Assembly (NCBI GenBank): GCA_028534125.1
Contig: CM052832.1
Location: forward strand, 8,124,001-8,188,000
Source: Lama glama
Lineage: Eukaryota
Reading direction: 5' to 3'
Length of the DNA stretch: 64,000 nt
Shown: positions 24,482-36,640 of the stretch, piece by piece
Numbering within the stretch: position 1 is the first letter of the stretch
Layout: every line of letters starts with the position of its first letter
The notes under the pieces: model-generated
What the model saw: only the letters and a program-made list of their open reading frames with translations
Databases searched by the model: none
Told to the model about the DNA's origin: nothing
Made by a program: the position numbers and the translations under genes

Positions 24482-25272
24482 CTTTTTTTTTTAACTAAAA
24501 GAAAAAAAATTGTGGTAAAATATTGATAACGTGAAATTTACCATTTTAACCATTTAAGCGTGTACAGTTCGGTACACTGATGTATACTGAGTTCAGTAGC
24601 ATTTAGTGTGTTCGCAGTGCTGTGCACCTCTTCCCACTGTCTAGTTCTGCACCCACTAGGTGGTCACTCCCTGTTCCTCCTCCCCCAGCCCCTGGCAACC
24701 ACCAATCTCCTTTCTGTCTTTTATGAATTTGCCTGTTCTGGACTTTTCATATAAATGGAATCGAATAATATGTGGCCTTTTGTGACTGGCTTAGCACATG
24801 ACTCAGCATGAGATTTTTAAGGTTCATCCACACTGAAGCAAGTCATCCCTTTTCGTGGCTGAATAGTATTCTGTGGTATGAATAGACCATATTTTGTTTA
24901 TTCATTTATCAGCTGATGGACATTTGGATGGTTTCTCCCTCTTAGCTATCATGAATAGTGGTGCTATGAACATTTGTGTCCAAGTTTTTGTCTGAACACC
25001 TGTTCTCAATTTTTTTGGTCCCTACTAGGAGTGGAATTGCTGGGTCATATGGTAATTCTATGTTTAACTTCTTGAGGAACAGCCAAACTGTTTTCCACAG
25101 CAGCTGCATCATTACACATTCTCACCAGCCGTGTATGAGGGTTCCAATTTCTCCACATCCTTGCCAATACTTGTTATTTTCCTTTTTATAGCCATCCTAG
25201 CAGGTGTGAAATGGTGTCTTATTGTGGGTTTTGTTTGCATTTTCCTAATGACTAATGACATTAGTCATCTTT
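24482..25272 (-). mobile_element. L1 (L1MA/MB-like) 3' end
   Basis: T-rich tail, then ttgtggtaaaata...ccattttaaccattt...cccctggcaaccaccaatct...ggaattgctgggtcatatggtaattctatgtttaac...ccacatccttgccaatact. Confidence 0.9.
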
Positions 25273-25619
25273 GCCCTTGAATCTTGGGGGGGCCTGAAGC
25301 AGGTCCCTCCCTCTCTCCATGTCTACATCAGGATACATCTAAGGAGGATGTGAAGATGAAAAGAGCAAACCAGCCAAAGACCATCCATGCTGGGCACATT
25401 GTAGGGGCTCCTAGACCATCTCAGGCAGCCCCAGGCCCACCCTTGCTTGGCTAGGGGAGAGGCTGGCCGCTCCGGGGGACCCTCCTGGCTCTGACCAGCC
25501 AGGATTCTGGATAAGTTAGAGCTGCTCTTCTCTGCCTCGACCACCCAGGGCTCCACAGGGCTCCACGACCCTTCAAGGCTGGGTGGAGGCTGATTTACAT
25601 TCAACCCGGAAGACAATTA

Positions 25620-26013
25620 TGGAGTAGAGCAGACCCCTGGAACCCCTTTTCCATTTCTGAGCACGCTCTGCCCTCTGTGTGTTTTCCCTTTTGTGCGTGC
25701 TGTCTGCAGACTACCCTGCAGACTACCTGGAGCAGCAGAATTGCGTGAAGTTCATCCCCACAAGGTGACTCTGACCCAATGACTGGGGTGGAGGGGTGGA
25801 AAGACCCAGCTTCCTTGCCTGGCATGGGGATAACTTTCAGTCCTGAGTCCCCTTGCAGGACAGACTGAAGGCACCCTCTGCATCCTTGTTGGCCTCCTCC
25901 TCTCCCATCTTGCTTCCCCAGTCCCTCTTTTGTCCCCTGGGAACATTCCCTTAGGAAATTTCCTAGCCGGAACACCCTCTCTGAATCTGCTTCTGGGGAA
26001 CGAACTCAAGACA
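25620..26013 (+). mobile_element. ERVL solo LTR (LTR16-like)
   Basis: Ends ctctgaatctgcttctggggaacgaactcaagaca, like LTR16-type 3' termini. Confidence 0.6.
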
Positions 26014-26134
26014 TGGAGCATCTACGGTGCCAAGCCCTTTGGGAAAATGCCAAGATAGACAAAGATCAACAAGATGCATTTCCTTCCCCAAAGGAGCCAA
26101 CAGCTTGATTGGGGCTGGTGCTGAGAGCAGCAGT

Positions 26135-26370
26135 AATGCTGTGCCAGGCACCAGGCTGAATGTTTTACATACTTTCCCTCATTTAAACCTTGTAACAAGT
26201 CTGTGAGGGGACGCTGTTATCATCCCCACTCTACAGATGAGAAAACCGAGGCCCAGAGAGGCTAATGTGTGGTCTAGAGTTGCACAGCTTGGAAGTGGCA
26301 GCATTCACCTTGAACCCTGGCTCTGTCTGCCTCCAAAGACCATGCTCCTGACCACTGTACTATGTGCCAT
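26135..26370 (-). mobile_element. MIR SINE
   Basis: tgtgccaggcacc...ctcatttaaaccttgtaacaa...tatcatccccactctacagatgagaaaaccgaggcccagagagg. Confidence 0.85.
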
Positions 26371-26904
26371 TTCTTTGAAAGAGACAAGCTTCGGTGGGGA
26401 GCAGGGAGGAGCTGCCTAGCTGCTCCCATGTAACAGAGGAGGGAAGTTCTCCAGGGCTATGCTGTGACTTGTTGTGAGGGTGTTCACAGGTAATTTGTTA
26501 CGGACCTTTGTTAATTTTGTGGGAATGATTCAGATTAAGACAGAAAAAGGAAAGAGATTTCAAGCCCAGCCCTTTGATATTATCACTTTCTGCTCACTTG
26601 CTCCTGGCTTTCCTGAGCAAGAGACGGGTGGAGGTCCTGCCATGGGCCGGCACTGGCTGCCCTGTGTGAGGACCCTGACCTACACATGCTGGTGCACATG
26701 GGGTGCCAGCTGCTGCCTTGTCTGGCCTCCCCACCGTCTGAGCTCCCAGGAGGCTGATGGGGATTGGATGCCCCAGGTTCCCATGGGAGAAGGAAGCATG
26801 GCCTGTGCCCCTTTGTGACTGAGTTCCCTGGCCCGTATCAACCACCACTGGACCCCTGGAAAACCAGAAGCACTGGCTCAGGAGAAGCCAGGCTGTGGCC
26901 CTCT

Positions 26905-27165
26905 GAGAGTGTGTTGGGCTGATTAAGAGCCCAGACTCAAGGCAGACGGCCTGGGATCAAATCCTGGCTCTGCTGTTTACAAGCTGAGTGACTTTGGGAA
27001 AGTTATTTAACCCCTTAGTGCCTTGTTTCCCCTTCTGTAAAGTGGGGACAACAACTGGCCTCTTAGGACTGTTGTGAGAATTAAATGAGATCATACACAC
27101 AAGGTGGATAGAATACTGCCTTGTATGTAGTAGGACTATACAAGTGTTGACTATTATAACTACTA
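26905..27165 (+). mobile_element. MIR SINE
   Basis: cagacggcctgggatcaaatcctggctctgc...gtgactttgggaaagttatttaacccc...ctgtaaagtgggga. Confidence 0.85.
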
Positions 27166-30100
27166 TCGTTGTGAAAGGAGAGTCTGGGCCCGCCTAAGAC
27201 TCCTGGCCCAGCAGCCCCTGACAGAAGCTCTGAGTCTAGATACACTCCCAGACGGATGTCCCTGGACCCCTCTGTGCTCCTGGGGGCAGGATGGAGGCTT
27301 CTGCCTCCCTCTCTCCCCAGGCTTCCCCTCCCTGGCTTGCATCTTGCCCCCACAGGGTTCCTGGTGCTCCTCTGATTGAGAGGCTCCAGGAGTGGGACTG
27401 GGGGCTGGAGGGCATAGTCCCAGGGACACCACCCTGGACTCTGAATTCAGACACTCTATCTACCAGCCTGCAAACCTTATGGTGGCAGGTTGGTGGGGGA
27501 AGGTGGAGGTGGATGGCAGCTGGCTCTGTGTCCTGCACCTGTGAATAAGCCAGCTCAGCCACTACCTGGCTGTGTGACCCTGGCCAGCTCCCTCCCCTGG
27601 TCCTGGTGACAGTATGAGCATTTATAAAACACTGCCTCATTTAAACCTCCCAGCCCCAAACCCTGTGATTGTCCTTTTACACAGACACAGAGGCAGAGGC
27701 AGCGGAAGGTGAGTAACCACACACAAAAAGGACAGAGACTCGGTCTGGGAAGGGCTAGGCCGGCGGAGACTCCTCCCCACTGAAAAGAGCTGGACGCACT
27801 GGGTGTTCCCTCTGTTCCAGGCAGGTGCTGTTAAAGTGAGAAGTCTGGGGCCACATGCAGGTGGAACTGGACCCGGAACCAGATCTGCTTAGATGTGGTT
27901 CCAGTGCCTGACCTTGGGCCTCAGAGATGACAGCCAGGTCCAGGGGCTCTGTCCCTGGTGCTGGGACCATGCCTCTGTCCCACTCAGGGCCCCTGGCAGG
28001 GTCAGGGCAGGGGCTGAGGAGAGGCAGGGAGGCCTTGGCCACATAGAGGGCAGAGGGCTGTGTCTCCCCTCTTAGACTGGGAGTTCCTTGAAGTCTAGTG
28101 CTAGTCTCCCCACACGAGAGATTCTCTTCCTGGAAACTTTTTCTTTTTTAAGTACTATAGACACTTTCCAACACATGCATACGTGGAGAACAAAGCATAA
28201 TGAGCTCGTTCCCAGGCTCATGGCCAATCCCCCTCCCTCCCCGCCCCCACCGCTAGGTTACTCTGAAGCACACCTTAGACACCACAGCACTTCACAAACA
28301 TTTTTGAATGTAAGTCTATAGATAAGGACATTCCTTAAAGAAAAGAAGGAAAACCCCTTAATTCCGGAGACTTTTGTGAAGGCAAGAACCCACTCCTCAT
28401 TCATTTCCTCCTCAAGTCCAGCTCAGCGGAGCCCCATGGCTCCAGGTTTGAGGTTCCTTCTGTTTCCATCTCAAGGGCACGAAAGCAGCACAAGCTGGGC
28501 TGGGCTCCGAGTGCGCAGGGGGTTGACTCTGGCCAAGCCCCTCACCTGCCTGTGGAGGAGGGGGCAAGGAGCCACCGCTGAGGTTCTGGCCGCACCTGTG
28601 AGCCTGTGCTCACCTCAGGCCTCGGGCACCGTCCCCTCGTGGGCCTCAGGTCCAGAGTTTGTCTAACTCCGCTCCTGGCAGGCTCGTGGGCATCACTGGC
28701 CTTCCTTGTTTAGTGTGTGTGTTTATTCCTTTTCATTCCCTTCTCACAGCCTTCCCCTCTCCCCTCATAGTATTTGATGTCCATCTTTCTGTTGGTACAT
28801 TTCCTGCAAATGGGAGCTGCTTTTTTGTAAACTTTTTTTTTTACTTTGGTAAATGTGATAGACCTTCTTCAAGCAGCACTGTTGTAAAAGTCTAGCCTTG
28901 TTGCTTCCACCTGATGCATTGTACTCCATGCTGTGCAGCTCCACAGTTTTCTGCCCACCACACTCAAGAACAAGTTGCCACGACTTCCCCTACCCGCTGG
29001 GTAGGGATGGGCTGAAATTTCCAGGATGTGATCATGAGCCGAGCTGCTGGGTCCCAGGGCACAATTGTATCTCACTTGACTGAGCACAGCCAACCCCCAT
29101 ACACAGTGGCCACCAGCCTACACCACAGGGCAGAGGGCCCCTGTGCCCCTACATCCCTGTGGGGCTGGGCTTCACCCCACTTCCTCATTTTTGCCTGTCC
29201 ATGAGAGGTGATGTCTGTGACTTTCAGCGTCTCCTAGACTTGTTAGCTTTGGGAGCCTATGTCTCCTTGCACTGCCTGTTCATGTCCCTTGTTGATTTTG
29301 GAGTCGGGCTGCTGTCCTCTTGTTGCTCTGCAGGCATTCCTCGTATCATCCAGTTTAGATATTAATCCTTTGTCGCTCTGACATGGCGACCATCCGCCAT
29401 CATTCTGTCACCTTCAGGCACTTTGAAACCTAATTCCTCTCCCTCCTGCCCGCCACCCGGCTCCTTTCTGAGCGGATGGCACAGGTGAGGCCCTTCTCAC
29501 TGTCTCTGCCCTTTTGGTAAATGCCAGGCATCCGGGACAGGGTACAGTCTGTGCCAGAAACTTGCTTATAGCACTGGGCTGAAGCATGGGGGAGGGATGG
29601 GCCAGGGCAGGACGGCTGCTGCCCCAGGGCGTATGTCTGGAGCTCCTTGGTCAGGGCCTCTGGCCCCAACTGGTCAGGACGCCTTCATTCCACACACACC
29701 AGTGCTAGGCTGATCACCCTTGTACCTGGGGCCTCCAGCTTTGTTGAGATCCTGACCCTGGCCTCAAAAATGCCTGCCCAGGGTGGTGGCTATGCTGAAG
29801 CTGCAGAAAGGACACTACAGGACGCAGTCTTGGACCACTGCCATTGCTGGGCAGGGAGGGCTTCCCAGAGGAGGTGCCTTTGGTCCAGGCTTTAAAGGAA
29901 GCATGACTGTTCTCCAGGCCTCAGCAAGGTCTCTGTTCAAGCCTGGGTGGGTACATATGAGCCTTTCATCTTTGTTTCCAGGGAACATGTCTTCTAGGTC
30001 TTTCCCTTTCATGGAGCTGAGGGGTCTTTGCCCCTGGCTTCTCCTTAACAGGGGCCAGGGTACCTCACAGGAAAGAGGAAGCTGGCTTGGGGGTTAGCAG

Positions 30101-30439
30101 ACCTGCCATCTATCTTTGCTCTCCAAGTGACCTTGGGCAAGTCCCTTTTCCTCTCTGGACCCCTGTCCCCTCCTGTGAGCCATGGTGTGTGGGGTGGAGA
30201 ACAGCTCTCCCAGGACCCTCTGGAACCCCGGGAGTGCTGATGGCACAGCTGCAGTGGTGTCTTTAGCTCTTCTTGGCTCCTCCGTACCCTTCAAGGGGCC
30301 CTAAGGAAAGAGGTTGCCCAGGGTACGTGGCCCCAGGCCCTCCACCGCCCCTCTGCTCTGTAAATCCCCTTTCTAACAGCCCTGGGGTTTGCCCTCAGAG
30401 CCTTCCTGTACTTCCTCATGGCAGCTGCTGTGAACTGAG

Positions 30440-30660
30440 CAGGCCCCGTGGCCTAGGCATGTGCTTGGTATTTTATACCCATGATTTCATTTACTTCTTA
30501 CAAATCTGTGAGTTGGGTACAATTACTACCCACTTTTTGCTGGTGATGTTGAGGAGCTCAGAGAGACTAAGGCACCTGCCCAAGGTCACCCAGCTTATAA
30601 GTGGCAGGACATGGATCCCAACCCAGCTCTACCTGCTCCAGAGTCTGTTCCCTAGTCACT
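30440..30660 (-). mobile_element. MIR SINE
   Basis: gctcagagagactaaggcacctgcccaaggtcacccagcttataagtggcag. Confidence 0.8.
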
Positions 30661-31490
30661 TCTTCCCACACCCCTACAGGTCCTCCCTTTTGTAAATTCC
30701 AGCTGCCCTGTTAGCATTCCTTGGCCAAGTCCTCTCCATCTATCTCCTTGATTCCAAACCTCCACCTCACACAGACACCTCCACTTTTCCCAGGCTCATT
30801 CCTACTTTCTGCTCTGTCACCCCCTTTCCTGCTGGAGCCCCACTGGCCCCCTCACACCTCCTGAGTCTCTCCTCACTTCTCTGCATCTCCCTAGAGTGTT
30901 CCCAGGGACCGGGTGCCCACAAAAGGTGCCTGAGGCTCTTCATTAGGCCCCAGCCCTATAGCACAGGCTGAGGAGGCACTTGGGTAGGGGCTCTGGGCCT
31001 CACATTCTGGGGCATCGCCCCCTTCCTGAGGTTGAGCTGGGTCAGCCATGGAGGAGGTCACCCTCTAGGGCCCAGAGGGGCTGGGGACCTGGGCTTTGGC
31101 AGCTGGCCTGGCACGTGCCTGATGTGGCCAGCCTGAAGAGTACGTGCCTGTCCTGCTGGAAGCTGCTGGCTTATCAGAGGGGAATGAAGGGGCTGGGGCA
31201 CCCCGTCTCCTGGGACGTGCAGGGACTCACGCCACCCAGGTGTGTGTGTGTGTACGTGCGTGCTTGTGCCGGCTGCGCCAGCCTGGCCCCAGAGGAGGGG
31301 AGGTGGGAGTTCTCGGTTTGCCACTTGATTCCCCTACATTTAACAAACAGCGCAGTGTCTGGGACCCAGCAGGCGTCTGGCCTGTCTTTGCTGTTATTAT
31401 TTTATAGTTAGGAGCCTAAATCACATTTTCTTTCCCCCTAGGCAAAGCTCGTCTTTCACATGAAACCCCAGCTGGTGGAGAGCTGGGACC

Positions 31491-31510
31491 GTGTGTGTGT
31501 GTGTGTGTGT
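31491..31510 (+). repeat. (GT)10 microsatellite
   Basis: Directly visible. Confidence 0.95.
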
Positions 31511-34500
31511 GGGAGTGTGGCTGTCCAGGCTGAGTCCTGGCTCCACTGCTCTTCCAGCTGCAAAGTGATTCCTCCTCCCTAAGAGTCAGCTGCCACTCAT
31601 CAAGGAGGATCATTACTCCCTGGGATGTTGTGGAGTCTGAAATGAAACCTGAGGTTTGCTCACTGTTGTGTAAATGCTGCCATGCGACATAGACATATGT
31701 GTGCAGGGTTGTTGGAGAGCATTTTTTACTTCTACTTAGTGCTGTGCCAGGCCCAGGAAGGGCGATCGATGGACCTCTAGCTCCATCTGTTAAGGATTTA
31801 GTCCATGCCCTTGGAAATAGATTGGGTTGCCTTGGCCCCTGAGATGTAGAAACTGACTGGGTAAGGTCCACTGGGTGAATGAACAAGTAAATAAATAAAT
31901 AGAGATGTCCATCTCTGCAGGTGTTGAGACAGAACAGAAGGCTGACCCCCATCTGGGAGGTCATGGGGGCTGGACCAGACGACCTGTGAGGTTACTTCCT
32001 ACTGCAGGTCTTTTCCAGGTTCTGTGACCTGAGCTGACTTCTGCCCTCTTTCCAAGAGCCGTTCACTCCAAAGCCTCCCTGCGGCTAGTGCTGGGCTGGG
32101 CACAGTACTTTCTGTGCTTACATGGTCCTGCCCCCAGGGTTTAGGGGTCAAGAAGAGCCCACAGCGAGCAGAACCGAAGCCTGTGCAGGGCCTCCATCAT
32201 GGGCCAAGGGTGAGGCTGAGGAGGGGCGGACATCCTTTGGGAGGTCATGGCTGGGTGTGGTGAGGGGAAATGCTGGTGCTTTGTGGATCAGCCTGGAAGG
32301 CTTCCTGGAGGAATTGGTGTTGAATCTCAATGTGAGAGCCACTGGGCTGGCCCCTGGTTTCAGCTATTCCAGACTTGTGATGACTAGGATACAACTGTCC
32401 TCCACTTGCTATGCCCAGTCTCTGACCCCGGAAGGCAAGAGGGAGGGTGCCCTGCTATGGGGGCAGAGGGGCTCTGGCCCAGGTGAGTGGGAACTCTAGA
32501 TCCCTCAGGCTTCAGTCTTTGCTGGCCCACTCTGGGCAGTCTCTTGGGAAGCTGGGGCTTCTAGGTGTGGTTCTGATTCTGCATGACCTTGGCCAGTTCT
32601 AATCTCTCAGAAGGTGTTTCCTCCCCTGTAAATGAGTGGTTAGCAAAAGTGATCACCCAGGTCCCCCAGTGTAAGAGCTCTGGGTGTGTCTACCGGGAGC
32701 TACAGCCCAGCCCAAGACCTTGCGCCCTGGGGTGAGCTCTTTTCTTTTTCCAGCTACCACTTCCTGGAGGGCCTTTTGGGAGCTGGAAAGCACCCCCAGT
32801 AAAGTTCACTCTCTGGTACCTGCCCACCCCCTCCAAGTCCCTCTGCCCCATTTTGTCCCCTTGGTGTTACATTCCACAGAGAAAAGTGATCCTTCACTCA
32901 AGGCCTGAGGATTACAGGCTGGAGGGAAGCCTGGGTTGCCCTGGGAACGCTCACATAGCCCTTTCCCACCGGTGCCCTCCTCCTTCTCTTGCCAAAGTCT
33001 GGGGAAGGGGGTTGATCCTGGCACAGACCAGCCTGGGAGAGCAGCAGGGCCTCTGGGGTCAGGGGGCTTGTCAGTCCCTCCCTCCCTCCTTCCCTGGGGG
33101 GTTAGTGATCCCAGGGTGTGGGTGAACTGTGCCTAGCTTCTAGTGGGCCCTCTCGGGAGGTGGCCAGGGGCTAGGGGCCCTGGGGTCTCCACGTGCCTGG
33201 GCCCCCCTGACCCCTCACTTCTGCATTGACCCCCTCCCAGGCTAAAGCCCCCCAGCCCTACTAAGCTGGGGATTTCCGCAGGCTGAGCCAACCGCCTGAC
33301 CCTAATTATGGCGCCTTCATCCTGTTGGGGTTAAGCTCTCATGGCCTCCCCTGCCCCCACACCAGAGGCCAGGCCTGAGGTCAGAGATTCAGGAGGCTGA
33401 ACCATGCTGGGCCCCCTCTGGGAAGGGTTAATAGCCTGTCCAGTGTCCAGGGTGTGGGGAGGCAGCTAGTCTTGGTGGTCTGGGTGGACAAGTTAAGATG
33501 TCCCGGGAATGCTGGGAGAGGGAGGGCTGGTTTCTCTGGAGAGCCCTCACCCTCAGGGCAGGTGGGAGCCCTAGGGAGCTGAACTTTACTGGGGCAAGCA
33601 TCAGTATTTAAAAAATTCTCCCCAGGTGATTCTCATGTCCAGCCAGTTTGAGAATCGCTGCTCCATCTGATGCTTCATGGTGCTGTCAATGAGGCTGATG
33701 CTCAGTCAGCAGAAGGCCCTTGAGGGAGGTAACTTTACTAATTGGGCAAGACAGCGCTGGAGCTTGGGGCTTCTAACCCTGTGGCAGGCCACTTCCTTTT
33801 GGGCTTCTCTGTCCACCAGAGGCTTGCCGGGTGTCCCATTCATTTAATCATTTGGGCATTTAGGAGCTATGTGACCCTAAACAAGTGGCTTAATCTTGCT
33901 GTGCCTGGTGAAAATAGGCCCTAGTGATAAGGACTGAAGGAGATGATGCCCAGCAGCAATGAGGGAAGGGCAGCCATTGCCCTGCTTTCTGCCTGGGGCC
34001 AGTGTCTGGGCAGAGGCCTCCGTCTTATCATCCATCAGGCAGGTGCAACCCTCAGAGCTCCAGTTGTTCCCGGGTGGAGTGGGTAGCAGCCGTCCTGGAA
34101 GTTCCCTGCACACTGAGAGGGAACTGGGAGGTGCAGGGGAATTGCTGGAAAGAATGGTTCCCTCACCTGACCTCATGCCTTCCTTAGCTGGTGTCACTGG
34201 TTTAGGTCCTGCAGATATAGGAATGGCCACCAGGTGTCACCCTCAGCTCAGGCTTGAAGTGAAGGTGGTGCAGAAAGAGGGAAAGAGTGGAGAAAAGGAG
34301 GACGCTGCCCCCTCCAGGGAGTGGGTGAGCTCGGAGAGGGCTGGAGGTTGCTGGGGTGGCTGCTAATTTCCATGGGAATGTGCTCTGCATGTGCTCTGCA
34401 AAGGTTCATTTGTTTGCCTTCAGAATTTTCCTTCCCATGTTGATCGTAAATCACAATTCAACAGGTTCCTTATGGGGCACCTGCTGCACACTTGGGGTTG

Positions 34501-36384
34501 TGGGGCAGGGGGAGGTTAGAATCTTCCTGAACATCCACACCGTGCCAGACCCTGTACACAAAGGAGGCCACTCAATTTTCACGACAACCTGGGATAGTAA
34601 GTATGATGGATAGCCCCATGTTACAGATAAGGAAACCAAGGCTCATAGCAATTACGTGTTGGGGCCAAGGACACCCATCTGGACAAGGATCGAGGCCTGT
34701 TGGCAACAATGAGGGGCTCTCTCTGGCAGCTCATGCGCTCCTTGGAGCAAACTCTCCACCCTAGAGTTACTTCAGTTTCCTCACTTGACAATTCTAAGGG
34801 TGAACTTTGTTCATCCAACACCCTGTCCCTGCTCCTGGCCAGGCTCTAAGCCGACCACTCCTCAGGTCAGGTACTAAGATGTACAAGGCAAGCCATCCCC
34901 TACCTGCAACCTGCCCTCCACACCTTAAGCTTAGATCAGTCACCCGTAAAGATTTTTTGATCCTGCCCCCAAGCATACATCTGTAATGTAAGCATATTTT
35001 CATAGTTTACCTGGTAAACACTCTCATACTAAATGAAAAAAAAAAGATGAGATGAAAAAAGTAGATGTCTTAATATTTTCCTCCTGCATCTCTGTATACA
35101 CACACACACACAACACTTTAGATCCAACTGTTCCAGGAAACGGGAGGGTAGAGTCAGTCCAAACCCGCTCAGGATGGAGTGTGGTCAGTATTCTAGAACA
35201 TCCTTGCCCACCCATTCATACCCTAGCAATGGAAGAGAGAAACTTCAGGGACAGCTGGTGGGAGTATGGGCAGACAGCAAGCATAAGCAGGGCCATGTCG
35301 GGGAGGGACTCTGATGACCTGGACAAGAAGCAGGTTTTTATTTTACAGCCTGATGCTGAAAGTTTTCTGATTATTTTTTCCACTGTCCCAGGACATATAG
35401 AACCAGGACAATGTGTTCTAGGTGGTTATCTGATTTCATGTCTTTCAGGTAGTTCTATTCTGTTTCCAACAGTTTAAACAACAACCCATCCCCCACCGGC
35501 ATTGGGAGCACTCCCCCCACCACACAGGCTTGGGACAGGAAGGATGGAGTCCAGTGAGGCAGGAACTTAGGTGCCCCTTCCTGAGGGGTTTCATCCTCTA
35601 CTGCCCCTCCTGGGTTGGAAGCCCCTGTGTCTTCCTTGCCTGGGCAGGTCTTCCTGTAGGGTCAGCACTTGGGGGACAAGAATAGGAGTTTCAGGAGAGG
35701 AGGGATAAGAGGCTGAGCCCCTCTATAAGGCTCCCTTACTCAGAAAAGTCTGACAGAAGCCCCCTTCCCTCCAACCCTGGCCCTGTGCTGGAGAAAGACC
35801 AAATGGCTTTTGAAGGCATCTGTCTGGCCTGGTTTGGGTGCCTTTGTGTGCCGTGACTGGGTGTCTGTTTCTGCACTCACTGGGTGCTTGTTCTGTGGGG
35901 TGAGGGGTGTGGGGGTGGGGGCATGGCCTGTGGCTGGGCAAGTACGTGAGGCTGGGCACGAACCGCCTCACCTACCAGCTTTACTCCTGCCAGGTATAAC
36001 CAGCTGCTGCGGCTGCCCGCCATCCGCCTCCTCCCTTCCCTGGGCATGGCCAGGCCGGGGGGCAAATGACTTGGCTGGCACCTCCCCTCACTTGGGCCCA
36101 CTGGGGCAGGGCTGGTTCACCTGGGGCACAGGCAGGGCTCCCAGCTAGGTGGGTGCTCTGCCAACCCCACTCTCCCACTCCTCACCAGGGAAATGGGGCG
36201 GTGGGGCAAGGGAGCGGGCACTGGGCAGAGACAAGCCCCCTCTCCTCTCCCAGACTGTGGATGGATGGGTAGAGCAGGGCGGAGGGGGCTGAAGGAAGGG
36301 GGGCTTCTCTGTTTAGGGCCAGGAAATGATTTCCATGCAAATAAGATGCAAACTCCTTAATGAATTTGCAATTAGGAACAGAGG

Positions 36385-36640
36385 CTGCCAGGCCCGGGCA
36401 GCGCCTGGGGTTTTATGAATGGGCCCGCGTGGGGCGGGGGTGGGGGGTGGCGCGCCGGCCCGCCCCCACGTTTCCCTGCCGCTGCGCCCGCGACATGCCG
36501 CGCCGCACGTTGCTGCCTCCCGGCCCCGCCGCGACCTGGCCCACCGCCAACGGGTCAGCTGCTTCGGACCGGGCCGGGAGACTGCCGGCCAGAGTCCCCA
36601 CCGCGCCGCTGGCGGCGACGCGTCGGGCCGAGACACGCCC
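36385..36640. promoter_or_regulatory. Small CpG-rich island (orphan promoter/enhancer candidate)
   Basis: Dense CpG, GC boxes (ggggcggggg) and a G-tract, against a CpG-depleted background. Confidence 0.7.

Noticed and set aside
25704..25727. Short perfect tandem duplications (ctgcagactacc x2; also tggcaccaccc x2 at 37741)
   Set aside because: Ordinary slippage duplications with no further structure.
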